Part shown: positions 39,591 through 49,173 of the stretch, in pieces
How the letters are laid out: each line of letters opens with the position of its first letter
How positions within the stretch are numbered: position 1 is the stretch's first letter
DNA from: a bacterium
GTDB lineage: Bacteria; UBA8248
DNA length: 64,000 nt
Assembly: GCA_963692865.2 (NCBI GenBank)
Contig: OY843592.1
Span: 3,680,001 to 3,744,000, forward strand
Direction: 5' to 3'
Made by a program: the position numbers and the translations under genes
The notes under the pieces: model-generated
The model's input: only the letters and a program-made list of their open reading frames with translations
Told to the model about the DNA's origin: nothing
The model's database searches: none

Positions 39591-39688
39591 CGGCAAACAT
39601 TCATGAGGGCCGGGAAGCGGAGTCCCGAACCATCAAGGGGTCGATTTATACTGGTTTTCGGGCCGAAAGTCCATCCTGCTCCATCGTT

Positions 39689-40558
39689 TCAAACGCGCAA
39701 GACGACCAGAATCACTCCGCTCACGGTGAGCGTCGCTCCCGCGGGTACTCGCCATGTGATGAATTCGGCTCTCCTCAGAAAAATCACGCTGAAAAGCACG
39801 GTGAACAAGGGGCTGATTTGCACGAGCGGCACCACCCTGAAAACCTCGCTCACCTGCAAGGCGGAGGTGAAGAGAAAAATTCCCATCCCCGCCGCTATCC
39901 CGCCCAGCAGATACGGCCAAAACGCCCGCTTCACGTCTCCTGCCTCCCCTTCGCGCAAGGCGTAACAGGTGTATGCGCCCACCAAGACAAGAGCGGCGGA
40001 GGCGCCTACCATCGAGGCGGGAAGAGCGCTCGGAAAAACAACCAGCCCCTTTTTCCAGGACATGGCTCCAAACCCCGATATGACCGCCGCGATCAGGGGC
40101 CAACGGGCGTCCCAGCGGCTCCATCGACCTTCCGTCTTTCCCGATACGAGCAACACGATGCCGCCAACCACGAACACAACGCCCATCAGATGATACCAGG
40201 CCGGGTCCTCTCCCAGAAAAATAAGCGCAAAAAGAGCGGCGAATATGGGAGACATCCCCTTAATCGGCGCCGCGCGCGCCACGCCGATCCGGTGGATGCC
40301 GATCAGGAAAAAGATGAGGAAAAGACCCGGGTTGCACATGCCGCCAATCATTACCCACAGATAGTGCGCACCCATTTCCGGGAACGGGGGACCCAGGAGA
40401 AATACCAGCGGAACGAAAAGGAGCAACTCTCCCACCAGCGTGATGGTGGCGCCCACGAAATGGTTGGCGTACTGCAAGCCCTTGCGCGCGAAGATATCCG
40501 CACAGGTGAAAGAGAGCGCCGCGCTCAGGGCGAGAAAAACGAACGGCTCGATCAGCAA
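39689..40558 (-). CDS. DMT/EamA family transporter
   Basis: About 10 TM segments in two repeats; SPIFAALFALIFLGE. Confidence 0.88.
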   Translation of the reverse strand: MLIEPFVFLALSAALSFTCADIFARKGLQYANHFVGATITLVGELLLFVPLVFLLGPPFPEMGAHYLWVMIGGMCNPGLFLIFFLIGIHRIGVARAAPIKGMSPIFAALFALIFLGEDPAWYHLMGVVFVVGGIVLLVSGKTEGRWSRWDARWPLIAAVISGFGAMSWKKGLVVFPSALPASMVGASAALVLVGAYTCYALREGEAGDVKRAFWPYLLGGIAAGMGIFLFTSALQVSEVFRVVPLVQISPLFTVLFSVIFLRRAEFITWRVPAGATLTVSGVILVVLRV

Positions 40559-40624
40559 GGCGGGAGTCTCCGCGCGAAAATCGACGACCTCAAAGATATC
40601 CTCCCCCGGAGGAGCCCTGAAAAT

Positions 40625-41845
40625 CTAGGCGAGATATTTCTCAGAATTTTCCAGGAACTCGACCGCCGCCTGGACGAGGACGCTCGCGCCGACCGGCAGC
40701 GCCTCCTCATCCAGGTCGAAGCGATCGGAATGGAGACCGTGAACGAACCCTTTTTCTTCGTTCGATATACCCACGCGGAACAGGGCGCCGGGCCGCTTCT
40801 CCGCCATGTAGGAGAAATCCTCGCCTCCCATCGAAAGCGGCATCTCTTTCACGTTCTCTGCGCCGAGAACCTGAATGCCCGCATTTTCGACGAGCGCGGC
40901 GGCGGCCTCGTGGTTCACCAAAACGGGATATCCCGGCGTGATGTCGAGGTCGATCCGCACGTCGAAGGCTTCGGCCACCCCGCGCGCCACCGCCCGCACG
41001 CGCTCGGCCATCTTCGCCCTGACCTTCGGATCGTGCGTGCGGATGGTGCCCTGAATCTTGACGTCGCGCGGCACGATGTTGACCGCAACGCCTGCTTCGA
41101 AAGTCGTGATGGAAAGTACGGCGGATTCGAAAGGACCGACGTTTCTGCTCACGATGGTTTGCAGCGCGGTCACCAGATGGCAGGCGGCCACCAGGGCGTC
41201 TTTGGATTGATGGGGATACGCCGCGTGCGAGCTTTCGCCTCTGATGCGAAAGAGGAGTCTGTCCCCCGCCGCCAGCGCGGGGCCCGCGCGCGTGCCGATG
41301 TGGCCCGCCGGCATGTCGGGCCACACGTGCGCGGCGATGAGGAGATCCACCCGCGGCTCCTCCAGAATGCCTTCTTCCACCATCCTCTTTCCGCCGGCCT
41401 TCCCCTCCTCCGCCGGCTGAAAGATGAACTTGACGTTCCCCCCCAGACCGCCGATCCAATCCTTGTTCTCGGAAAGAAGGCGCGCCGCGCCCAGCAGCAT
41501 ACTCACGTGGGCGTCATGCCCGCAGGCGTGCATCTTTCCCGGACGGCGGCTCTTGTAGGGAACGTCGTTGGACTCGCCGATGGGGAGCGCATCCATGTCG
41601 GCGCGCATGCCGATGGTGGGGCCGGGCCGTCCCGTCTTCAGCAGGCCGACCACCCCGGTTTCCGCGATGCCGGCGTACGCTTCGACCCCGAAACTCTCGA
41701 GGTTCTCCACAATGAAGCGGGAGGTTTCATGCTCCTCGTAGCCGAGTTCGGGATTCATGTGAATGGCGCGTCTGGTCTCGGAAAGCCATGGCAGCAGCGC
41801 CGAAGAAGCATCCCGTATCGATCGCGATGTGTCGCCGGATTTCAT
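40625..41845 (-). CDS. M20 family amidohydrolase (YxeP/HipO-like)
   Basis: HMNPELG, RADMDAL, MHACGHDAH, FQPAEE, GGEDF. Confidence 0.93.
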   Translation of the reverse strand: MKSGDTSRSIRDASSALLPWLSETRRAIHMNPELGYEEHETSRFIVENLESFGVEAYAGIAETGVVGLLKTGRPGPTIGMRADMDALPIGESNDVPYKSRRPGKMHACGHDAHVSMLLGAARLLSENKDWIGGLGGNVKFIFQPAEEGKAGGKRMVEEGILEEPRVDLLIAAHVWPDMPAGHIGTRAGPALAAGDRLLFRIRGESSHAAYPHQSKDALVAACHLVTALQTIVSRNVGPFESAVLSITTFEAGVAVNIVPRDVKIQGTIRTHDPKVRAKMAERVRAVARGVAEAFDVRIDLDITPGYPVLVNHEAAAALVENAGIQVLGAENVKEMPLSMGGEDFSYMAEKRPGALFRVGISNEEKGFVHGLHSDRFDLDEEALPVGASVLVQAAVEFLENSEKYLA

Positions 41846-42218
41846 GAATTCGTTTCCCTCACCCCGCCCAGGCGCCCTTTACGAATCCTCTCCGTAAAAG
41901 CTCGGCAGGCGTTTGGAAAAATGCTCGATGAAGGCTAGATATCACAATCGAATGGGATAAACCAATCCTTTGACCGATTTCGCGCTTGCCAGCCCGGACG
42001 ATGACACCTGGATAGGCGGGAGCGGTTCCGTCGGCGGTGGATTCAATCATAATAATCACGCTATCGCTTCCGCGCTCCCCATTCCTTTCGGCTGATTGCA
42101 AGTCAGGGGCACGGCTGATTGAAAATTTCAGGCCGGCTGGATGAAAGGCGACGGAAAAACCTCACATGCTGGAGCAACAGAAGGTATTACTCTACATCAG
42201 AGACGCCACCCCAGACGA

Positions 42219-43895
42219 TTAAAAATCATCCGACGAAAATTCGGGCCGTTCCCCCAGTATCGCCTTGATGTCCTCTCGCTTGTGTTTGCGCGTGGTGGTT
42301 TTGGGCAATTCCTCCTCGGGCCAGAGGAAAAAACCGGCCACCCGCTTGTAATCCGCGAGGTGCGCGCTCAGGCGCTTGAGTTCCGAGTCGGCCAGAGCGG
42401 CGCGCTTCTCGGCTTCTTGCGGCAAATCGGTTTCGGGATCGAGCAACACGACAGCGAACACCTCCTCACCACCGTGAGGTGATTTCCTGCCGATAACGCA
42501 CACGTCCTGGAACCATTTGCTCTCGAGAAGTTGCTCCTCCACCTCTTCGGGATAGATGTTTTTCCCCGCCTCAGAGACAATCACGTTTTTGGAGCGGCCG
42601 CATATCGTCAGGTAACCATCCGCATCCAGACGACCGATGTCTCCGGTATGAAACCACCCATCCTGCAAGACCTCAGCCGTCAGTTCCGGATTCTCGAAGT
42701 AGCCTTGCATCACGTTCGGTCCTCGTATGAGTACTTCTCCCTCTCCCTCGTCGGCGCCTTCTACGGGGACGACCCGCGCCTCCACCCCCGGAATCGGCGG
42801 GCCGACGGTTCCGATTCTGTTCGGCGCCCCCGGCGGAGTCACATGGGTAACGGGGGAAGTTTCCGTCAAACCATACCCCTGTAGCACTTCAATTCCCAAA
42901 ATCAGCAAATCGCTAGCGATTTTCGGGTCAAGTGCGGATCCCCCACTAGCAAAGAAACGCAAATCCGGGCCGAGATTCTTCTTTACCTGAGAAAACAACA
43001 AACCCCCGACGCGAAAACCCATGGAGAGGCAAATACCTGAAATACTGAAAAGGGTATTGAAAACGAGTTTTTTCGCCCCGTTCAGAGACTCCACGTTCGA
43101 CATGATCCGTTTGTGGATGAGGCGCGCAAGTGCCGGCACCATCAGGCAGATGGTGATGCCCTCGTTTTGCATGGCCTCCACGAGGAGCCGCGGGTTCAGG
43201 GAAGAGAGGTAATGCACGCGGGCGCCGGACGCCAGCGGTATCAGGAAACCACCCGTGCTCTCGAACATGTGATGAAGCGGCAGAATCGAGAGAAAAACGT
43301 CGTCGTCCCCTACGAGGAAAGGCTGGAGGGCTGCGCGCACGTTGGACGTGATGTTCCCGTGTGAGAGCATCACGCCCTTGGGCGTTCCCGTCGTTCCCGA
43401 TGAAAACGACACCAGCGCGAGATCGTCCGGGCCTCGTTCCACGCCCGGCAGCGCTTCGGAAGAAACGTCTGGTTCAACTTCCCTCTTCTCATCAAAGCGC
43501 AACACCGCGCAGTCTGATACCAGACCATCTGCAAGCGATGTTGCGCGTTCCACTTCCTGAGCATCCGTAACCAGACAAACGGGTCTTGCCTTCTCCAGGA
43601 TGTTCGCGAGTTCTCCCTCTTTCAGGTTCACATCCAGGGGCACGAGAACGCCGCCGGCGAGCAGCGCCCCGTAAAACCCCACCCCCCATTCGGGTTGATT
43701 CGGCGCCAACAGGGCGACGAAATCGCCCGGCTTCACACCCGCATCCATCAAGTCGCGGGCCAGGGCGGCCGCCTTTCCGCACAACTCCCTTCTCGTGAGC
43801 GCCACCCGGCCGCGTCCTTCCACATCGCCTTCCAGGGCGACCGAATCGGGAAATTTCGCGGTCGTCTCTTTCAGGAAATCAATCAGCGTGTCCAT
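42219..43895 (-). CDS. AMP-binding protein (long-chain fatty-acid-CoA ligase-like)
   Basis: SSGTTGTPKG, GYGLTE, TGDIG, GKNIYPEE. Confidence 0.92.
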   Translation of the reverse strand: MDTLIDFLKETTAKFPDSVALEGDVEGRGRVALTRRELCGKAAALARDLMDAGVKPGDFVALLAPNQPEWGVGFYGALLAGGVLVPLDVNLKEGELANILEKARPVCLVTDAQEVERATSLADGLVSDCAVLRFDEKREVEPDVSSEALPGVERGPDDLALVSFSSGTTGTPKGVMLSHGNITSNVRAALQPFLVGDDDVFLSILPLHHMFESTGGFLIPLASGARVHYLSSLNPRLLVEAMQNEGITICLMVPALARLIHKRIMSNVESLNGAKKLVFNTLFSISGICLSMGFRVGGLLFSQVKKNLGPDLRFFASGGSALDPKIASDLLILGIEVLQGYGLTETSPVTHVTPPGAPNRIGTVGPPIPGVEARVVPVEGADEGEGEVLIRGPNVMQGYFENPELTAEVLQDGWFHTGDIGRLDADGYLTICGRSKNVIVSEAGKNIYPEEVEEQLLESKWFQDVCVIGRKSPHGGEEVFAVVLLDPETDLPQEAEKRAALADSELKRLSAHLADYKRVAGFFLWPEEELPKTTTRKHKREDIKAILGERPEFSSDDF

Positions 43896-43983
43896 TCAAG
43901 TTTCCTCCTGCTTCGGCCCGGCCGAAAGCTTCCGCCAGGCAGAACGGGGTTTACCACCACTCGACTCCAGTAAACGTCCCGGG

Positions 43984-44775
43984 CTAAATCAACCGTTTTC
44001 TGACTTGCCATGCGGCGAACTCTCCCGCGAAAACCAGGGCGATAATGGCCAGCACCAGCACGCCTGATTTTTGCCACTGAAACTGCTTCACGTACAAGAA
44101 CACGTAAAAACCCAGCCCCCCCGCGCCGACGAGACCCAGAATCGTGGAATCGCGCAGATTCATCTCGAAGCGAATGGCCAGATGCGCGACCATCTGCGGC
44201 AGAACCTGGGGAATCAGCCCATGTTGTATGACCTGGACGGACGAGGCGCCCGTGCCCTGCAATGCGAGCAGGGGTTTCGGATCGGTCGCCTCGATTTCCT
44301 CCGCCACGAACCGGCCGAGCACCCCGACCGAGTGAACCGCCAGCGCCAAAACGCCAGGGAAAGGGCCGAGCCCCACGGCGGAGACGAACAACAATGCGAG
44401 AAGCAGCAAGGGGATGGAGCGGACGAACGCCATGAACGCCTTGATGGGCAAATGGACCCAGATCGGCGTCCAGTTCGACGCCGCGAGGACGCCCAGCGGA
44501 TAAGCGAACAGGGCACCCAGAAAAGTGCCCGCAATGGTGGTTTGCAACGTTTCGACAGCCGAGGTCAGCAAAACGTCCCAGACCGACCAGTCGGGCGGCG
44601 TCATCCGGCCAAAAAAGTGAAACAGCTGGGGAATCCCGCGCCAGAATTGCCCGGGTGAAAACTCAGAACCCTGAAAAGACCAGAATAAGAGTGCGCTAAC
44701 CACCAGAAAGAGGCTGATCTTGCCAGCCATACGGCCAGGTGAAAGCGCTTCTGCTTGCTCTCGTTCCGTTCCCAT
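43984..44775 (-). CDS. PhnE/PtxC-like ABC permease
   Basis: PPDW, RSIP, GLGPFPG, RFEMNLRDSTILGLVGAGGLG; alternative start 44730. Confidence 0.9.
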   Translation of the reverse strand: MGTEREQAEALSPGRMAGKISLFLVVSALLFWSFQGSEFSPGQFWRGIPQLFHFFGRMTPPDWSVWDVLLTSAVETLQTTIAGTFLGALFAYPLGVLAASNWTPIWVHLPIKAFMAFVRSIPLLLLALLFVSAVGLGPFPGVLALAVHSVGVLGRFVAEEIEATDPKPLLALQGTGASSVQVIQHGLIPQVLPQMVAHLAIRFEMNLRDSTILGLVGAGGLGFYVFLYVKQFQWQKSGVLVLAIIALVFAGEFAAWQVRKRLI

Positions 44776-45541
44776 TCACGACTCCATTCGTTCCCACGAA
44801 CTCGTAGATTTCACGTATCCTATCATTCGAAAGAGAATTCGAAGAACCATCCCACATGATTTTTCCGTTTTTCATCGCGAGGACTCTATCGGCATACTTC
44901 CGCGCAAGCTCTGGAAGGTGAAGGCTCATCATGAGCGTGAGTTCGTAGGCGTCGCAAACCGACACGAGAAGATCCATGATGTCCTCGGCCAGCGCCGGAT
45001 CCAGGCTCGATACGGGCTCGTCGGCCAGCAGAATCGTCGGTTCCTGCGCCAACGCTCGGGCAATGGCCACGCGCTGCTGTTCTCCACCGGAGAGCGTGCG
45101 GGCGAAGCGGCGTTGCTTGTCCTCGAGGTGCACCTCATGAATGGCCTGCGCGCAGATTCGCAAATCGCGCTGCGAGCAGATTCCCATCATGCTTTTCAAC
45201 AAAGACACATAACCGAGCCTTCCGTGATAGACGTTTTGCCAGACGGTTTCCCGGCCTATCAGATCGAAATGCTGATGAATCATACCGATATGCCGATGGT
45301 GGGTTTTCATCTTTTGCGTATCCTTGATCGGGAAAACATCTCCCATCACGACCACCTTGCCCTCCTGGCAAGGCACGTAGCCTTTCAGCATTCTCATGAG
45401 AGTCGTCTTGCCGGAACCGCTGTTGCCGATGATGGCCACTCTCTCTCCACGAGAGACCTCGAGATGATCGAGGGAAAGAATCGTCCGCCCCTCCATCTCA
45501 ATACGCGCATCTTCGATTTGGATGACCACCTCTTCTGACAT
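44696..45541 (-). CDS. PhnC/PtxA-like ABC ATPase
   Basis: [29 protein letters not shown]. Confidence 0.92.
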   Translation of the reverse strand: MSEEVVIQIEDARIEMEGRTILSLDHLEVSRGERVAIIGNSGSGKTTLMRMLKGYVPCQEGKVVVMGDVFPIKDTQKMKTHHRHIGMIHQHFDLIGRETVWQNVYHGRLGYVSLLKSMMGICSQRDLRICAQAIHEVHLEDKQRRFARTLSGGEQQRVAIARALAQEPTILLADEPVSSLDPALAEDIMDLLVSVCDAYELTLMMSLHLPELARKYADRVLAMKNGKIMWDGSSNSLSNDRIREIYEFVGTNGVVNGNGTRASRSAFTWPYGWQDQPLSGG

Positions 45542-45544
45542 TTT

Positions 45545-46468
45545 CTACTCCTTCAAAAAACCATACTTGCGAGCCATGTCGGCAACCGATTTATAACGGC
45601 TGTGTCCGACCCTGACGTAACCATCCGTTCCGTAAAGAGCCCGCAGCAAACTGCGATTTTCAGGCTGGTTCATCTTCAACATCGCCGAAACGAATTTTCG
45701 CCTGATTTCAGGCTCCAGCCCTTTGCGCACCACCACGTTGTGGCTGGGAATTCTGGCCGACTGCGCAATGGCGACGACCCGGTCGCGGTGCTCGGGACGC
45801 AGAAGATTGAGCGCGTATTGGCTTACACCCGCAGCGGCGACGAAGCCGCCGACCATCGAGTTGATCGCCTGCTGATCCCCGCCTGCGAAATACACCCTTC
45901 GGAAAAACCCGCCCTCGGGCTTTTCCACTCCCCCCTTCGCCAGACCAGCGCGAATGAAAATGTCGTGGGGGTACATGAACCCCGAACTCGAAATGGGGTC
46001 GACATAAGCAATGGTCTTGCCCCTGAGATCGGAGAGCTTCTTGATGCCGCTGTCCTTGCGCACGAAAATCTTCGAGTAGTAATAGGATTTCCCATCGTAT
46101 ATCTCGCCGAGAACCGCCTCGACTCCCGAATGCCTGTTCGCCAGGACATAAGGCAGCGGAGACATGAAGCTCACGTCCGCCTTTTTCGAAATCATGGCTT
46201 CCACGGCGGCCGAGTAGTTCAGAGTAATGAAATACCGAACCTTGCGCCCCATCTCCCTTTCGAGGAAATTCATCGCCGGCTTCACGTTGCTGATGAGTTT
46301 CTCGGGATTCTCCAGTGGAATGAACGCGACCCGAAGCTCTCTATCGACCGCGTAGAGGGGAGCTGCAGCGAACACCAAGAAACTGGAGATGAGGAGAATC
46401 ACCATCTTGAAACCGGCCCTCTGCGCTCTCGGCGATGATATTCGGATGAAAGGCATGGCTCTGCTCAT
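45545..46468 (-). CDS. PhnD/PtxB-like ABC substrate-binding protein
   Basis: AFIP, NYSAAVEAM, YYYS, DPISSSG; start may lie slightly downstream. Confidence 0.88.
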   Translation of the reverse strand: MSRAMPFIRISSPRAQRAGFKMVILLISSFLVFAAAPLYAVDRELRVAFIPLENPEKLISNVKPAMNFLEREMGRKVRYFITLNYSAAVEAMISKKADVSFMSPLPYVLANRHSGVEAVLGEIYDGKSYYYSKIFVRKDSGIKKLSDLRGKTIAYVDPISSSGFMYPHDIFIRAGLAKGGVEKPEGGFFRRVYFAGGDQQAINSMVGGFVAAAGVSQYALNLLRPEHRDRVVAIAQSARIPSHNVVVRKGLEPEIRRKFVSAMLKMNQPENRSLLRALYGTDGYVRVGHSRYKSVADMARKYGFLKE

Positions 46469-48426
46469 TTCAGTTTGTCCCGGTTTTTCTGGTAAAGCGC
46501 GTGATAAGCTGCGAGTTTATGGTCGGTCATATTCACGTCGCCGGCGAGATGCGCTCTCAGGGCCTCGCTCAGTCTTTCCTCCATCTGATTGAGAATCGGC
46601 AGATTTTCCTCGTCCTGAACATCCCATTTATGGGCCTGCACCTCACGCACCACGGTTTTGAGCAAGACGGTGATCAACTCTTTTTTCTTTCTCTGTTTCA
46701 AACGCTCATACGTGGAGAGGAAAAACTTGAACTCCTCCAACTCCGACTCCAGCGTGTAAACCGTATTCTCAATTCCCTGGACGCCATCTCCCACGGCTTC
46801 GACGTAGGCCGTGAGGTCGTCGATATCTTCTCGGCTCAGCCCCAGCTTGAATTGCCTGTTAAACCACTCGCTCACCGCCCGCAGTGTGGAAAGGCTCCCG
46901 TCGTGGAAATATGGGGCCGTGAATTTCGACGAGAGCAGAGTCGGCGTATCCAAACCGCCGACGCGGAAGGGCTGGTTCCTTCCTCCCGCGGAGCCGATGT
47001 CGTGGCGTTTGTGGTCCACGAAGTTCGCGTTTGGAATGTGACAACTCGCGCAACTCATGCCGCCCATCATCTGGGGGAATTTCCGGTGAAATATCTTCTC
47101 GCCCCGAAGCGCTGCTTTTGAAACCTTCCCGGGATTGAGCCTCCCGCTTATTTTCAGCTTCGGGTTCGGCAAGAACTCGAACTCGTTCATGTAGGCGATC
47201 ATCCCGTCCATGATCATCGGATCGGGCTCGGGACCGTTGAACTCGTTCACGATGACGTTGCGGACGAATTCCCTGAGTGAGGCGAAACGCCCGTTTCTTC
47301 CGTAGGGGGCCGTGAAGCGAATGCCCCGCAAATCAGGCGTGTCCAATGGATCGTGCAGGCCGTTGTTGGCATGGCCGGCGAAGAAGCTGTTCGACACGTC
47401 CATTCCGCCTTTTTCCCCGGAAAGGCCGGGAATAAAGAGTTTGGGATTCGTCACCCCCTTGTTGTGGCAAGTGTTGCAACTGACGCCTAAGCTGCGCGCG
47501 GGTTCGCCGAAAATCTCCGCGCTGTCGAAAGCCATATCGCCCAGGGCGATGAGAAAGGTTTCCGCCTCGTTCACTCCGCGCTCCGCCATTCCGAGAATTT
47601 GTCTGGGACGCGGGAGTTGTTTGTTGATGTCGGAGCCGGGCGGCAGGCGCCAGGGGACTTTCGCTGTTTCAATATACGTTTCGCTCTTCCTGGGACGGGG
47701 CAGAAGCCTGTGCCCTCTTCCGGCCCGGAACCCCGAAAAATTCGCGTGGAAATACCGGCGGATGAACACGGTACTCCTGTGAATTTTCTTGATGTTCATC
47801 GGCCTTGCGCCGATGCCCATCACACCCGCCGCCCCAAGGTGGGAACTCGCCTCGAGCCAATGGATTTGCATCTTTTTCCACGCTTCAGGATCCAGGTGCG
47901 GCAGGGTCTCGGCGAAAGCCCGGGAGATTCTTCGCGCCTCGTTCAGGAGGCTTTTCACCTCGGCTCTGTCCGAGTTCGCTTTGATGGCGTCCAGATGAGA
48001 TATCAACAGCGAGGCGACCGCCCGCGTGGCCAGGGAGAAAACCAGACGACTCCCGTTCTTGCGCGCGGTGACCATGTCCGGTTCTTCATCGCCTCTCGCC
48101 ACGGGTTGGGCCACGCGCTTGGCAACGGCCAACTCTTCCGAGAACCTCTTCGCACCGGGAGAATTCACCCCATTGAGCGCCTCCTCGATACGCCCCATAT
48201 CGGACCAGACCTGCGGCCAGAGCACGGGGTTGAGATTCAAGATGAAGCCGGCGCGACGGTAACTTTCGGCAACGGGATGCAATTCCTCGGGGGGAACGAC
48301 GTGCGCCGATGCCGGGCCGAAACACATCACCAGCAAACCGGCGGCCAGAAACCACATCGGCGCCACCAAGGAATTTTTGATACGCAGAGCAAGCCTCGCC
48401 CCGGGCGTTTTGAGGCCGCAAATCAT
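46465..48426 (-). CDS. secreted di-heme cytochrome c, CcP/MauG-like core with N- and C-terminal extensions
   Basis: CNTCH and CASCH; DTPDLRG..TAPY, TPTL..TAPYFHDGS; signal-like segment ending ASA-H; GGAG RBS. Confidence 0.85.
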   Translation of the reverse strand: MICGLKTPGARLALRIKNSLVAPMWFLAAGLLVMCFGPASAHVVPPEELHPVAESYRRAGFILNLNPVLWPQVWSDMGRIEEALNGVNSPGAKRFSEELAVAKRVAQPVARGDEEPDMVTARKNGSRLVFSLATRAVASLLISHLDAIKANSDRAEVKSLLNEARRISRAFAETLPHLDPEAWKKMQIHWLEASSHLGAAGVMGIGARPMNIKKIHRSTVFIRRYFHANFSGFRAGRGHRLLPRPRKSETYIETAKVPWRLPPGSDINKQLPRPRQILGMAERGVNEAETFLIALGDMAFDSAEIFGEPARSLGVSCNTCHNKGVTNPKLFIPGLSGEKGGMDVSNSFFAGHANNGLHDPLDTPDLRGIRFTAPYGRNGRFASLREFVRNVIVNEFNGPEPDPMIMDGMIAYMNEFEFLPNPKLKISGRLNPGKVSKAALRGEKIFHRKFPQMMGGMSCASCHIPNANFVDHKRHDIGSAGGRNQPFRVGGLDTPTLLSSKFTAPYFHDGSLSTLRAVSEWFNRQFKLGLSREDIDDLTAYVEAVGDGVQGIENTVYTLESELEEFKFFLSTYERLKQRKKKELITVLLKTVVREVQAHKWDVQDEENLPILNQMEERLSEALRAHLAGDVNMTDHKLAAYHALYQKNRDKLK

Positions 48427-48461
48427 GTTTTCAGTTCTCCATAAAAACCATCAACAAAGAA

Positions 48462-48524
48462 ATTTTATTTGGATTCGAAAAATAAAGTCAACCCTTACTG
48501 AATATATTTTTAGTCATGCCTAAA
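48462..48524 (-). promoter_or_regulatory. putative sigma70 promoter plus TTTAG-N6-CTAAA palindrome upstream of the di-heme/Phn operon
   Basis: Minus-strand TTGACT-N18-TAAAAT (48462-48491); TTTAGTCATGCCTAAA (48509-48524). Confidence 0.5.
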
Positions 48525-48622
48525 TTTAGAAAAAGAACCAAACATCAGCATAAACAGGCACTTCTCTGAGATTGCCAAAAATATCGCATTAAAAAAATTT
48601 GTCTTTTGTAGAAATTGGGCAC

Positions 48623-48655
48623 AAAAAACCGACCCTGAAACAGAGTCGGTTTTTT
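48623..48655 (-). terminator. intrinsic terminator after the P-II gene
   Basis: Minus-strand CCGACTCTG-TTT-CAGGGTCGG followed by TTTTTT; A/T tracts on both sides. Confidence 0.8.
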
Positions 48656-48776
48656 GAAGGTTCGGGGCTCGGAGGTTTTTGTGTTTCTAAAAATTGATTC
48701 GAGGTTGGCTCCCAAAAACCATAAAGTCTTCCGCTCTACCTCTTGCCTGAACAAAACTCTCCGAGGCGAGGACCCC

Positions 48777-49118
<342 letters not shown>

Positions 49119-49173
49119 TCATTCCTCTCAGATGACGGATGGACTCATCCGGTATAATCCCTTCGCGCCTGCA

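Noticed and set aside
39370-39600. N-terminal extension of the 705-aa ORF
   Set aside because: Runs through tRNA-Glu; the real start is likely 39369 (or 39396)
44696-44775. phnC/phnE overlap as a frameshift
   Set aside because: Both proteins look complete; the overlap is explained by a non-conserved tail or a later start at 44730
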